From: Chiloscyllium plagiosum
Taxonomy: Eukaryota
Reading direction: 5' to 3'
DNA length: 64,000 bases
Assembly (NCBI RefSeq): GCF_004010195.1
Contig: NC_057754.1
Span: forward strand, 5,100,220-5,164,219
Both the position numbers and the translations under genes were made by a program. This document shows positions 33,801 to 48,800 of the stretch, piece after piece; positions within the stretch are counted from its first letter, which is position 1; each line of letters begins with the position of its first letter. The notes under the pieces are model-generated. The model worked only from the letters and a program-made list of their open reading frames with translations. It did not search any database and was not told the DNA's origin.

Positions 33801-36800
33801 GATGAGAGATTCTACTACACTCAAGCTCCAGCAACCTATTGGTCTCTTGCAGCCTTGCCACCTTGACTCTTTCGTGCTCCAGGTCTTTTTCCAGAGCACT
33901 GATCTGTCCCGCCTGCAAAGTAACCAGTGGAGTAGAGTGTTCAGTCTCTGCAGTGCGTTTTTGCGTTGCCTTCTTTAGCTTCCGTCTCAGCTCCACAATA
34001 GTCTGTTGATTTTTCTGGCCTTCGATCACTTTGCTATCAAGTGTTTGCTTCATATCATCCAGATCCTGCTGTAACATCTGCTTTTCAGACTTTACTGCAT
34101 CCAATTCCACCTCACATTCTCTTAGACGTAGAGAAACTGTAATTGGTTTATCAAGCAAGTCAATCATCCCCTCACCTTTCTCTACAGGCTCTCTGAGCAC
34201 AGCTGCATTTTCCATCCCATCCATTTCAAGTTCCTTAGTGGTCTCTTTGCTGACTTCCCGGAGTTGTGTTCCCACTTTCTCCTCAGGATCTGGGAGGACA
34301 TTCCTTGCTTCTTTCAAGCTTTGGGATTCGGTCGAAGTTCCTCTTTGCACAACTTCAGCTTTTATTTCAATGTTTAAATTTGGATCTTTTTCCAGATTGG
34401 TGCCACTATCTTGGTCCAAGCTAACAGATTTTGTTGCTAATTCTCCAAGTTGACTTCCTTCCTTCGAGTCCAACATTTCCTCTCCAGCTTTCAGCGACAA
34501 TCCCACAACCGCACCTGCGTTATCAGACCGCTCATCTTTTGACTGACTGTTCTCTTGCTCACCTATGTCACACTCATTGACCTCATTCCCATCACTTCTG
34601 TTTAACTTGCACATCTCTGGCGACAGATGCATGCTCCTACAGTCCGGTTGGAATGCATAATCCAGTTTCTTTTGAAGATCTTTAAGTTTGGATGCAAGAG
34701 CCACGTTCTCAGCTAAAATTAAAAACAAGATTCAACTTTGTTAAGTTGTAATGGTGATGTTAACTATGTACAGGGTCAGAAAAGCAAAAATCAGTGATCA
34801 TCATGCTCTGGACCAGACCAAAACCCATCAAAACATAGTTTTGAGATAACCATGCACGCTAACATTTAGCTTATTTAAAAGGCAAATGTAAGGCAGTGCA
34901 CTCCAGATGTGATCCGATTACGAGGCTTTAAGCGAAGTGTACCTTATTCTTATGCCACAGTTAAAATACAAACAGAAAAAAAAACTGGTGTGGCTTTAAT
35001 CTATTGAAATACTTAACAAAATACTATTTAACTACTACTCATCAAATGTTCCAATATCCCATAAGCAGCACCTCACAAACACACCCTTGGCAAAGGCAAA
35101 TTTAGCTAAACAAATTCCCTCACTTGCTATTTCCCTTAGTCCGGAAGAAGAAACACCAACAGAATGAACCTAGCAGCCAAGAGAAAACTCAACCTTTTGC
35201 AGCAGCAGAGAAAGACATGTACTTAGCAGCTTCAATTCCACAAAACCCCGACTTCAACAACCGAAAGCAAAACCCAAAACCCTGGGTCGTGTGAGCCTGA
35301 CTCCACCCACTCGTGTTCTGTAAAAAAAATATATCCAAGCTGTTTACTCTGCTCAATGGAGTAGACACCTCGGCACCAGACATACAATACCAACCTTCAA
35401 GAGAACCAGGATAGACAAATCCCTCTTAAATGCACATATCGTCACAGTTGCCAGCCCTTACCCTGCTGAGGCCAAAACACAAATGTTTTCAAGAAGGAGA
35501 CAGGTATCGTCTTTAGAGCTAAAGCCATCAAAGGGAAAGAGGCAAAAGCTGGAACAGGGTACTTAATTCGATGATCAACTAAGATCACACTGAATGGCAG
35601 TGCAGACATGAATGGGCAAATAGCCCACTCCTGTTCCTATTTTGTATGTTTCTTACTTCCATGGCACCATATACTGAAATCTGGGCCAAAAGCCCAAATG
35701 GTACAACAACTGAGCAGTGTCTCCATAGATTGACATTTCACAAGTGCATTGTTCATTGGTAAATATACAACTCATGATTCAGTCTACTACGATTGAAAGG
35801 CTGCTCACGTGCCATTTCCCAGTTTCTCCCTCTGACAAAAAGCTCACTCACACTGTGGACTCGGCTCCAGTCACACAAAGCCAGATACAGTCAGAGTGTT
35901 AATGAACAAGTGGATGCAAAACACAGACTGCTCAGCTCATACTCGTTCACAAAATCCACCCTCTTCTATTTCCAAATGATGGCAGTGGTCAAAACCTTCA
36001 GTGCCAGCACCCAGTGAGTAAGCTCCAATGAAAAGACCCAACTATTAAGCTAAATGGCTGTTATTTTACCAGTCATGTCGATTTGAAAGGCCAGGAGTTA
36101 ACACTCTTGAGTCACTGATAAGACTTATTTAATTTTACTGGGTACCAGACGACAATGAAAAGCTACAACCATTAAAGGCATTTTTTGAGTAACAGACTTA
36201 CATTTAGCTCTCTCTCTCAATTTCTGACACAGAGCCAGCTCTTTCTCCAACTTTTTCAGCTGTGCTTCCAGGTGCATGATTCTCTGAGTGCTTTGGTCGT
36301 GCCAGTCAGCAAAGCGGCCTTTTGCCTCCAGCGCTTCCTGAAAGATGGGCAAGAAAGTCACAAACAGAAAAGTGAATAAGATTACGGTGTTACTTTAGAA
36401 ACTGATGAAAACCTATAATAATCTTTATCCAGATATCCTAGAGGTTACAGAAACATTAGAGAAATTATGCGGCAGCACACAGAAATATGGAGATGTACAG
36501 CACGGTAACAAATCCTTCAGTCCAACTCATTCATGTCAACCAGATACCCTAAAATAATCTAGTCCCGTTTCCCAGCATTTGGTCCACATCCCTCTGAACC
36601 CTTCCTATTCATATACCCATCCAGATGCCTTTTAAATGTTGTACCAGCCTCCACCGCTTACTCACACACGCACCACTCTCTGTGTGAAAAGGTTGCTGCT
36701 TTTAAATCTTTCCCCTTTAACCTATACCCTCTAGTTTTGTCCCCTACCCTGGGGAAAAGACGTTGGTTATTCACCCTACCCATGCCTCTCATGATTTTAT

Positions 36801-39800
36801 AAACTTCTATAAAAGGTCACCCCCTCAACCTCCAAAGCTCCAGGCAAAATAGCCCTCAGCCTCTCCCTATAGCTCAAACTCTGGCAATATCATTGTAAAT
36901 CCTTTCTGCACCCTTTCAGTTTCAAATCTTTCCTACAGTGGGGAGACCAGAATTGCACAATATTCCAAAAACGACCTAAACAAATGTCTTGCACAGCTAC
37001 AACATGACCTCCCAACTCCTACATTCAATGGAATAGCTAACAAAAGCAAACATATGAAACACTTTCCTTGCTATGCTGTCTACCTGTGATACCACTTTCA
37101 ACGAACTGTAAATCTGCACTACGTCCTTGGATCAAATCTTGAAGGCTGCTGTCTTGCCAGGTCATTTCTGTATCTCCTTCCCACCTCACTTTCATCTGAT
37201 CCCTTGAACAATTTGTTGGGAACATAGGACAATTACACAAACGAGGACTTGAATTTAGGAGGTGGTGATTGGATTAATGTTTCATAACACCAAAGAGGAA
37301 CAGATAGAAGAGAAAGTATTTACACTGCCTGGAAAGCCTAGGAATACAGTACATAGTTTAAAAATCAGAGCCAGTCCTTTCAGGAGTGACCTTAAACAAC
37401 ATTCCTACTGCAAAGGGAGCAGGACTTTGGAACTCTCTACAATGATGTTTGGTGAACTTTTAATTTTCAACCGGAGATCGACGGATTTTCATAAACCATA
37501 GCAAATGAGGGCAAAGATAGATTAAAGTCACAGATCTACCTCCCTGGTGAGCAAGTGAATGAATAAATGAGCTTTATTGTCACACATATGCAACGATTAC
37601 AGTGAAAAGTTTATACGTCACCACTTACAGCACAATCTTCGGTTCAAAGGTACTCAGGTACAGCTTCTTTAGTTACAAGATCTTACAAAAGATCTTGTAA
37701 CTAAAGAAGACATAAAATGACCAGCATTGCAGAAATAAAAGTCTAGAACAGCGGCCTTCCAGCCCATACCACGCTGGCACCTAGCCTCCAGTCCACAATA
37801 GATCCCTGGCTCCTGACTGTGCCAAGCTTCACCTTGAGGATCATGAGGTTCGAAGATTGCTTCAGACCGCCAGATGGGCCAAGGATGCCACAGCAGGAGG
37901 CTGCTACACCAGGCAGGGAGGCCACCAAGGATGGCAGAGACCTATGGAAGTGATCTCGGGATAAAAGGATAAGCCACTTAAGACTGAGACGAGGAGAGGT
38001 CTCTTCACACAGAAGATGGTGAATCTTTGCAATTCTTTACCTCAGAGCTGTGGAACTCAATCAATCATGAAACATGCTCAAGACAGAAATCGACAGAATT
38101 CCGGAGACCGGCTACAAGGAATATCGGGATAGTGGCGTTGAAGTAGGTGAACAGCTACAATTTAAAGTGAATGGTGAAGCAGGTTTGACAGGCTGCGTAG
38201 CCTACTCTGGCTCCCATGTTACTCTGGATGGTGTAATTGATTCCAGGGCTTATTTGGTATATCCAGATCCCACATTCCAATAGCAGGAAACATGAGAAAT
38301 TAGATAAGTTGGAATTACCATTGAAAAGGCAGGTTTCTTAAACTATAGTAAGATCCGCAGTAAACATCACCTGGAGACTTTTCTGCAGAGTGTCCCCTTT
38401 TCTTTGGTAAGTCGCTAGTTCCTTTTCTGCACAGTGAAAGTTAGCTTTGACCTCCTCCAACTCTCTGTCCACCTGCTGTCTCTGTGCTGCCATCTGTCAG
38501 AAAAGAAGCAACATTCACTCACATGCTGACAAACGTAGAACCACCTAGCCGATAATATTTAACCAAAATCAGGACATCTACAAGAGTTGAGAAGCCTCAA
38601 GCACTTTCATCCAGATGATTTATCAACAAATTAAAATGAAAGCAGCAAACATTTATCTCGGAGATCTTGCTTCCTCTTAATGGACAGAACTCAGGTGATA
38701 CAAGGGGGACAAAAACAGGTGGCTGGCAGATTTCATAAAAATGAAGCCTCGGTTGGGATGGAGAGGCTGATCCAGTTCCAGACAAAGCTGTGCTCTCCAT
38801 TAAACGCCATTGAAGGATCACAGAAACCGTACAACAAAGAAACAGGTTACGTGAGTAATCTGGCCTATGCTGGTTCTTATAGTGTGCAACAGCCTCCCCT
38901 TGATGTCACCTCTTAACATTTAGTTGCTTTCTCTCGCCAACAAGCCCCTGTCTCAGCAGCTGCTATTCAACATTCCACGCGCTTGGAGGAGTCCAAATCG
39001 AATTACCCAAGAAACATGATACCACCCAGGACAAAGTGGCCCACTTGATTAGAACCCAAACCACCACCTTCAACACTCACTTCCTCCATCACAAACGCAC
39101 TGTCACCAGTGTGTACCAGCGACAAAGTGCACTGCATCAACTCACCCTTCAATAGCATCTCCTGAACCCGTGACCCTGACCACCTAGAAGGACAAGGGCA
39201 GCAGATCCATGGGAACACAAACATTTGCACATTTCCCTCCATCCCAACTCAGAAATATATTGGCAGCTCACTCAGTGCCATTGGATCAAGTCCCTGGACA
39301 TCCTTCCGAGCAGCACAGTCGGTGGGAGACCAACATTCCAAAGACAACTGTGGTTCCTTCCAAAAGGAAAGTGACCACCATCTTCTGGACAATAAATGCT
39401 GGCCTAGCATGTGAAATCTACATCCCACAAATTAATTTTAAAAACATTCCCTCACATCCATCTATGCTGTCTGTCTCAACTACTATGCATTATGGCAAGT
39501 TCCACAAACTTATCACTGTCTGGATAAAGTTTTCTCTGATGGACGCAACAGAATTTCTTGCCCACCCTCTTCTCAAACCCAGCAAAAGATACAATCACAA
39601 GTAAAGCAACCACCTTGATGGAAGTTCCTTCTGTTGATGAAGCTTCCACTTTAAAAGACAGGTTTGATTATAATTATAAAAAAAAAGTGACCCCAATAGT
39701 CAATGAAATTCCTTCTTTAACCCATTCAAGAATCAAGCTGGTCTGGAATGAAGGTGACGACCATATACAGAGGAACCTCGATTATCCATATATCAATTAT

Positions 39801-42800
39801 TCAAATATCGGATTAGCCGAAGGAGATCTCGAGGTACCGATAGAAACATTACACCAAAGAGCTGTTTCAATCCTGATCGCGTCTTTTGTTTACGGTGAGT
39901 AAAAACGATCTCGGCTCACTGAAATGCTACAGAAAACAGTCCTGGATTTCGATGGGGGCCCAGACACCATCTCCAAATGACTGACCTCCCACCCACTCTC
40001 CCTCTCCCCACACTTTCCCTAGAGTTCTACATAGGGGTGAACTCTAAACCGCACTTCCCCAGATAAGCTCTTTAACATTGCCCTATACAGGGCAGAGGTA
40101 GAACTTTTCAAAAAGTTGCAGTAAAAAGTTGTGTCTCTCTGTGCATGTGCGTGCATGCACGTACTATTTGGAGACTTACCCCACAAAGGCAGCAGCAGTC
40201 TTACTATTGGTGCCCACTCTGTCTGCCCCGGCAGCAGGGGCGCACAAGGGTTGGACAGTGGTGGTGGTGGTTGGGGGGGGGGGGGGGTGGAGAAAGGAGA
40301 CTCGTGCACGGTATGTTACTGTCCTCTCCTGAACGGGGAGGAAATTTAACAGAAAACTCTGAGTCTCAGAGGAGAGACATTGAATCAATTAACCAAATAA
40401 TCAATTATCCAAATGAAATAATGTCCGCCCATCTTGTTTGGATAATCAAGGTTCCCCTATAGAGGTTTACAAAATCACGAAGGGTATAGATAGGGTCAAT
40501 TGTAGCTGCCTTTTCCCTGTGGCAGAAGTGAGTACTGCAGATGCTGGAGATCAGAGTCAAGGTTAGAGTGGTGCTGGAAAAACATAGCAGGTCGGGCAGC
40601 ATCCGAGGAGTAGGGGAAAAAAAAAAATCGACGTTTCGGGCAAAAGCTCTTCATTATTCCACCTTTTCCCTGTGATGAGGGATTTTGAGGCTGGGAGCAT
40701 ATTGTTAAGGTGAGAGGAGAGATTTTAAAAAAGACTTGGGGGCAATTTTTTTTTAAAAAATCAGAGAGTGGTTTGTGCGTGGAATGAACTTCCTGAGGAA
40801 GTGGTGGATGCAGGTATAGTTACGATGTTTAAAATACACATGGATAAGTACATGAATATGGCCAGAAGCAGGCAGGTGGGACTAGTTCAGTTTGTGATTC
40901 TGTTCAGCATGGGCTGGCTGGGAAAAAGGATCTGTTTCCGTGCTGAATGACTCTATGGTGTATGTACGCTTTCAATTACATTTGGCTTCTCTTACTTTAT
41001 CCATTGTAGATTGTAAAGCCAGATGCTCGTTCTTGAGCTTCTGGATCTCCTGGTTTAGTTGGCTTTTCTCTTGCTTGCACTGATGTTCCAGATTACAATA
41101 TGCACGTTGCTGATCAGACAGCTCCTAACAAGTGGAGAGGAGAAAATTGCACATTCATCAGTTAATATCTCCACAATTAGTGCTGACTAATAGAATAGGT
41201 ATCGTGTATTGGGCACATTGCACTTTAATCATCTGATAAAGCAAAGTTGCCAATAGCAAATAGACTTCTACACTGGATTACTTATGAAGGTCAACAACAC
41301 CTCCTCATTGGCCTTACGCTACTGAGCCCATTCTGCCTCAAGAAACCTAAAAACTCAGGCTGGACAGCACGTGGGGCTCCAGAACTGTACTCTACATCTC
41401 TGGATTAGAATGGGAAACGAGCCCAGATACCTGCTCCCAACCACCATACAGGAAATAAAGTGTTGTTTAAGATCATCAGGCTTGGCTGTCTTGCACACAA
41501 TTTAACAGCCCACTTTCCACAGGAGAACCGCCGATGCCTGTGGTACTGGGCCTAGTCCCCAGACCAACCCTATTTAAATCGATTCTCACATCTCATGTGA
41601 ATTCATAAAGAATGAGGATGTCCAGATATTGGTTCACAAATTTAAAAACTGATATAAATGGATGAAAGGAAAGAGTGTGAGGTGGAGACAATTCCAATGC
41701 ACAGCAAGAGGGAGTGAGGTGATCGGCAATGAAAGGATGAAAGAAAGTATTTGTGCAGACTACTCTCCACTAATCTATTTATTCTAACCTGCTGGTGTTC
41801 TTTCTCTTTGTCCTTAAACTTCTGCTCCATCAGGCGTCGAGCACTTTCTGCATTCTGCCTCTGACAGCTCAGCTCCTCAGCAACCTGCTTCAGTTTCTGC
41901 TCTAGAATTGCACACTGGCAAGATAAAATAAAAAATGAATCACCAACTTCATTCTCCAATATGTCAGCCATTTAAGATAGTTAAAAAAAAAACATTTTCT
42001 GTAGTCAGTGCAAGAGAAATGTTTGTCATGGATAAGGAATACCCTTTCAATAAGGCACCATGACAAAAAAGAGAGGTTCCTTGACACCATCCTCATCAAA
42101 CACTCCCAGGGCAGGTACAGCACGAGGTTAGAAACAGTAAAGCTCCCTCTACTCTTATAAAACTGAAAGTAAAGCCCCATCCACACTGTTCCCATGAAAC
42201 ATTCCCAGAACATATACAGGACCGGGGCTGACAGAGTAAAGTTCCTTTTGTATTGTCCTATGAAACATTCCAACTGAATAAGCTATGTGCAGACGAGGAC
42301 TCTCTATACTTTTCAAAATTAAAGCAACACAATCCAACTTAAGGTGTGTCCACTAATGTGGAGAAAACGCTCATCCCATGGAGCGTAAACTAGTGCAGGC
42401 AACGGAGACGGAAGCCCAGAATTTAACCCTTTTCATCAGCCATTCAGTCTAACCCACTGCCTTTTATACTGTGCTCTAGCCTCCAATTATAAAGCAGCTC
42501 AGTTAAGTATAGCTCAATTCCCAAAGAGAGGTCAAACCTTGTTGTTGTTCTGCTCCTGCTGTATGTTTGCTCTCATTAGGTCATCTCTGCTCTTCACCAA
42601 AGCTTGTTCTTTCATCGCCAGCTCTGTTCTGGATTTCTCCAGGTGTGACTGCACTTCCTGCAACTTGTTCAGGTGATTTTTAATCTCTTTCTCTTGGGAG
42701 TGAACCCAAACCTCCAGCTCAGACATTGTACTCTGCAGCACTGCAACAAACAGTAGCAACCAAATAAAGCATCATTTTGCACACCACAAAAACAGCAGTT

Positions 42801-45800
42801 ACAATCTACTGAAACTTGCTTTTTTTTTTTTTACATATTAAAAGTTACAAGAACACAAGAGATAGGAGCAGAAATAAACCATTCCGCCCACTGAGCCTGC
42901 TCCGCCATTAACACTACGAGGGTTGATCTTGGACTCCACTTTCCTGCCCATTCCTAATATCTCTAGATTCTGGAGATTCTAAAAACTCATTTATCTCAGT
43001 CCTAAACATACTGGAAATTTTTATTCCAAAAGAGGATTCTGGAAGCTTTATTTTTCAGAGACACATAACCGTTCGAGCAAAAAAGTTCCCATCTCAATCC
43101 TAAGTGAGCGGCCCTTTATCCTGAGACTGTGCCCACACGTACTAGCTTCACCAACCAGTACGAACAACCTCTCGGTGTCTATCCTATCAACCCCCTGCAG
43201 AATCGCCAATATTTCAATGAGATCACTTCGCATTCTCTAATCCTCACATTAGTCAAACTCTTATCATAAGACCAGCTTTTAATTCCAGGGACACTGGAAT
43301 TTTCTCCAATGGAGCAATCCAGCACCAGAGCCCTATGGCAATTTAAGCAAGATCTTTACTCTTCCACTCCAATCAACACATTTACTTCCTAGATCACAAC
43401 TCACTTAGCCTGTCTATTTCTCTATGCAGCCACTAATAGCTGACATTCCAAGCAGCTTTTGCATGATCGGCGAGCTGAAACACAGTAGCCATAATCTCTT
43501 TGGTCAAGGCATTAGTATCGATTATAGAAGGCCGAGGTCCCCAGCAATCATTCCTGAGACACTCCAATGGGCACCTACAAGCTGCCAACTTAAAAAGGGT
43601 CAATTTACGCCTACAGTTTTCTGTACCTTAATCAATCCTCTATTCAGGGTAATAGGTTACCCTCAACTCCCTGAGCCTATATTTTGCCAACTGACTTTGT
43701 GTGTGATGTCTTATCAAATGCCTGTGGGTATTATCGCCTCTGTATAACCAGCACTCCTTCACTATCACCTTAATATCTTGTTCACACACCCAACTGTTTA
43801 AGTACGATTTAACCAGTTTCACTCTTACGTGAATTTACATAGAGTCATAGAGCTGTGAAGCACGGAAACAGACCCTTCAGTCCAACCCATCCAGATATCC
43901 TAAATTAATCTAGCCTTATTTGCTGGCATATCCCTCTAAATACTTCCTGTTCATGTACGCATCAAGATGCCTTTTAAATGTTGTCATTGTACCAGCCTCC
44001 ACCACTTCTTCTGGCAGCTCATTCCACATACAATCTGCCCTCAATGTGAAAAAGTTGCTCCTTCGATCCCTTTTATATCTTTCCCCTCTCACCTTAAACC
44101 TATGCCCTGCAGTTTTGGACTCCCCTACCCTGGGAAGATGATCTTGGCTATTCACCCTATCTATGCCCCTCATGATTTTATAAATCTCTATAAGGTCAAC
44201 ACTTGGCCTCCAATGCTCCAGGGAAAACAGCCCCAGCCTATTCAGCTTCTCCCTATAATTCAAACTCTCCAACAACCTCGTAAATCTTTTCGGCACCCTT
44301 TCAAGTTTAACAACACCTTTCCGATAGCAGGGAGACCAGGATTGAATGCAGTGTTCCAAAAGCTGCCTAACCAAGTTCTGTAGAGCTGCAACATGACATC
44401 CCAATTCCTATACTCAACTCATTGACCAATAAAGTAGAGTGTCCCAAAGCCTTCTTCACTATCCTGTCCACTTGTGACTCATCTCTGCAAAATATCATCT
44501 TGGAATTCTCACAAAATTCCACCTTCCAAACCAAGCAATTAGTAATACACAGTTTAAAAAAAAAATCTAGAGAAATGAGAGGCAGCCCTGACAATGCTCT
44601 ACCCTTTAATGACTAATATTCCCCCCCCCGCCTTTTGCTCAACACTCCCCCACACAAACTAAGAAATCCAACGTCTGCCCCATCACCTCAGCCCCCTTTC
44701 TGCCCTCAAGAGTCCCAGCTGCTCCTACCAGGAGGAGCAAAGTTTTCACACATACTACATGTCTTTCTCAGCTGCTCATGATGTGGTCTCCTTGACTTTG
44801 GAGAATCTGTGCTAGTTCACCCCACTACCTTATTGAACACCCCCCACTCAGTTTGGAAGTAGTTTGATGCCGACCTTCCACCTGCCTGGCATTTCCATTC
44901 TCCTTTCCCAGGTCTCTGTCCCTCAGCCACCCACGTTGTTCCAGTGATGTTTAAAGAAATGCATCTCTATGACTAAGTGAACTCAAGAAGCACAACACCA
45001 CATCTTTTGGTTAGGCAACTGACAAACCTCTGGACACAGCAATTTCTGATCAAAACCAATGAATCCCACCTGCTCAGACAGCAGGCAGTAATGGCTTTCT
45101 GTTACCATTAACATCTTTTTGGATGCATCTTTTGCTTCTTTATTTTGTTCTGTTATTATACCCTTTTGCCTGGCACCGTCATTCCATTATCTGTGCCCAC
45201 TACACCATTACAGACTTCCCTCTTAAGTTTCCTCTTCTAACCCACCTTGACTCTACACTTGCTTATTGACCTTTTTAAATAAGTTAGCCTTTTCATACTA
45301 TTTGTTTTCCCCTCTCTCTCAAACAATATAACACGATTTGGTGAGTGGGTATTTTCCAGCATTTCCTGCGGTCATCGCTGGATTATATTTGAATCTGAAG
45401 CTTTCCCAGAACACTAATTTCCACAAGTATCAACACGAGAGGTGAGATAACTACGCCTTTCTTTCCTGTAAATGTCAGGTTGCCAGACTGGCTGAGCAGG
45501 AATGTGGCAGAATCTGCAAAATAAAAAGGAGGATAGCAGGAATCTAAACAATATCGCAAAAAAAACACCACAGTATCACGGCACCTTGGTTTTCTTTCCT
45601 CAATTCCTGCACTTCAGCATTTGCAGACACCTCAAGAGGACTGAGTTGGCCACTCCCACGCTTCGATCCAAGGGTACTGGATTTGTTGTCATTCTGTTTC
45701 TGGCTGCTGGAATTGTAGTACGGAGGGGACCTCGGCTGCTCCCATGGAAATACAGAGGAGGGTGATCCTCGCCCAACAGGACTCTCGGGCACCCGAGTTG

Positions 45801-48800
45801 GTGTTCCCTCTTGCTGCCACGAAAACGTAGAGGCTCTAATCTGTTGTGGAGCACTTTCCCGGTGACTCTTGTTGCTGCTGAACTGCAACTGTTGAACCTT
45901 GGTCAAAGAACATTCAGTGAATGAGCTTGGAAGGCGAGACCGAGTGTATCTCCTCCATCCCCAACCTGAAGGCACTGACTTGAAAAATACGCTAGGCAAC
46001 AGGAGCTCTGTAATAAATGGTCCCATCACCCATTTTTCACATAATGAAGGAAAGTGGGAATGGAATCTATTAGCGTCTCTCCACAGCCATCACTCAGCAA
46101 CGACGTCAAGTTAATCATTTGTGTAGTGCAATCTGGCAGGGGTAAAATAAGAAAATCCTGACCAAACAAAATAAAACTGAATTGTCTTTGATAAGAGGTT
46201 GAGGCCTTGACAGACACATCTGTGCCTCTTTAGCCACAGGTGTGACCACAGAAGACTAGAGACTAGCCAATGCTATTCCTTTGTTCAACAAGGGCAACAG
46301 GGATAATCCAGGAAATTGTAGGTCGGCAAGCCATCGGTGATAGGAAAATAATTGGAGAAGATTCTTAGGGACATGATTTACTTGTATCTGGAGAAGTGAA
46401 TTATTAGGGGTAGTCCACATGGTTTAATGCAGAGGAAGTCTTGTCTCACAAACATGACTGAGTTTTTTGAGGAAATGACAAAGTGAGGGTAAGGCAGCAG
46501 ATATTGTCCATATGGATATTACTAAGGCATTTGACAAGGTCCCTCATCTTCAGGGTGACAGGGATAGGGTAAGGGAGCTGGGATGCTCTTTACAGGGTTG
46601 GTGTGAACTCAATGGGCCGAATGGCCTGCTTCCAAACTGTACAGATTCTATGTTAAGAGAAAAACGAGTCCCTGTAATTAAAGACAACACTGTAAAAACA
46701 ATACAATTTCCGGCCCAAGTTATCCCACTCCATCGTATCTCAATTCAGCAGCCCACTCACATAGTCACAAACAAGTGATTCTAATTACATTACTGGATGA
46801 GGGAAGAGGCCATAGAGGGGAAGACAGCCAGAGAATCCCAGTGGATTTTTTTCTTCAATTTGCACTGCAGACAAATGAACCACTCTCCTCCAAAGATTAG
46901 AAAATCTTAAATTTATTTAAAGCCTCCAGTGCAATATCAGATCCAAGATGCTTCACAGGAGGGAAGGGGGAATTAGAAGATGACTTTCATTTTTGGAGTT
47001 GCTCATGCAAGTGGAGGTCATTGGATTTGCAAGCATTTACAGGCTCAGTGGTTAGCACTGCTGCCTCACAGCACCAGAGACCCAGTTTCAATTCAAGCCT
47101 CGGGCAACTGTCTGCATGGAGTTTGCACATCCTCCCAGTGTCTGCGTGGGATTTCTTCCGGGTGCTCCGGTTTCCTCCCACAGTCCAAAGATGTGCAGGT
47201 TAAGGTGGATTGGTCAGGGGAAATTGTCCTATAGGGTCTAGGGATGTGCAAGTTAGGGTGGATTGGTCATGGGAAATTATCCACAGTGTTTAGGCACACA
47301 TAGGCGAGGTGCATTAGTCAGGGAAAATGTAGGGTAATGGGTCTGGGTGGGATACCCTTCAGAGGGGCAGTGTGAACTTGTTGGGCAAAGAGCCTATTTC
47401 CACAATGTAGGAATTCTAACGTGCATTTCATTAACGCGAATTCACTGTAACATGCCTGACAAACTGGGAACACGGTTTCTAAAGTGAACTTTTAATATGT
47501 GTATTGGGTGTAACATGATTACAGCACCAACACTTTTAAGCGCTGTTTCTAAAACGTGATTGTTCTGTAATGCAGGGTTGCACAAGAATGCACCCATCAC
47601 ACTATACAAGAGCTACCTGTATTGCTCATCCCTAACTTCTTTGATAAGCAACTTGACGATGTTAAGAGAACTCTTCAAGGTAAAGAAATGCTGCTTAAGA
47701 CAACAGAAGTGGGGAAGGTGGTTCCAGAGGGGAGGACCAGAAGACTGGAAACTATTTAAGGAAGGTTGCTCACCCCTGCCAAGTAACATACTTTTTAAGT
47801 TTCCCAGTCTCTCCCATTCTTACACTGATATCTCTGTAGGTCTGTGAATTCTCCAATATCTTGTTGGAGAACTGTTAGCATGCCACAAGATCTGCCCACC
47901 AATCACCAAGAGGGGTCCCTATGTCCTCATCAGCCCCCACCATCTCCAAAGCTTCAAACTGAAAACAAATCCAAATCCGTGTCCATGTGTGCTGCAACCT
48001 CTGACTTTTCAGTACAGGGGAAATAAAATACAGCCCGATGCAAACAGGGGATGAACAAACAACATCTGCTACTTAACACCCTGATCTTATTTGTCAAACT
48101 ACTCTATATCTGACTGTGCAGTGACGATTCAGTGTCAACCATCCACCAATTCACACCAACCTGCAGTTTCAGAGCTTTCACCTCTGAAACTAGTCGCTTC
48201 TTCTCCTCTATCTCCTGGTTATACTTTTCTTGCAGCTCATCCAGTCTTGAACCTAGAAATCAAGGTGCCATAGTAAACATTACTGTTGGTTTTAGCGTTG
48301 TGGGAAGCAGTTCACGAAGCCCTCAAAACTGCCACAACCTCGACCACATGGAAGGAGGGGGCAACTGATGCATTGGGAACATAATCAAATTCACACCAGT
48401 CCATTATTACTGAGGCAAACATTCCTCGGATTTTCTACTCTTACAGCACTGAGAGAGCACCCTTGCCACACAGGCTTCAGCGCTACAATAGGATTGGCCA
48501 CCACTTTCACAAGGGCCTGCAAGACCCCACATCTCAAGAGCAAGTAAATAAAATGAATATAAAAGGAAATTACTCCTACACGGTTGATGATGGTATCAGT
48601 TAGAATGTGCCCTTTTAATTCCCAGGATACAAATTTTGACAAGGCACAATAGGTTAAGTGCTCCTCTCTCTCTTGCTTAATCATGAAGGTTACATATTTG
48701 GCAGACTAAATCGTTGCAAAACATGTTCCCTGCAATTAAAATAAAACCTCATTTTTAAACAGATCCTCGAAGACCAGAGACTGCAAGTCACATTTACACT

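Noticed and set aside
31859..34453. Plus-strand Ser/Phe-rich ORFs of 80-167 aa
   Set aside because: Antisense shadows of the Glu/Lys/Gln-rich giant exon.
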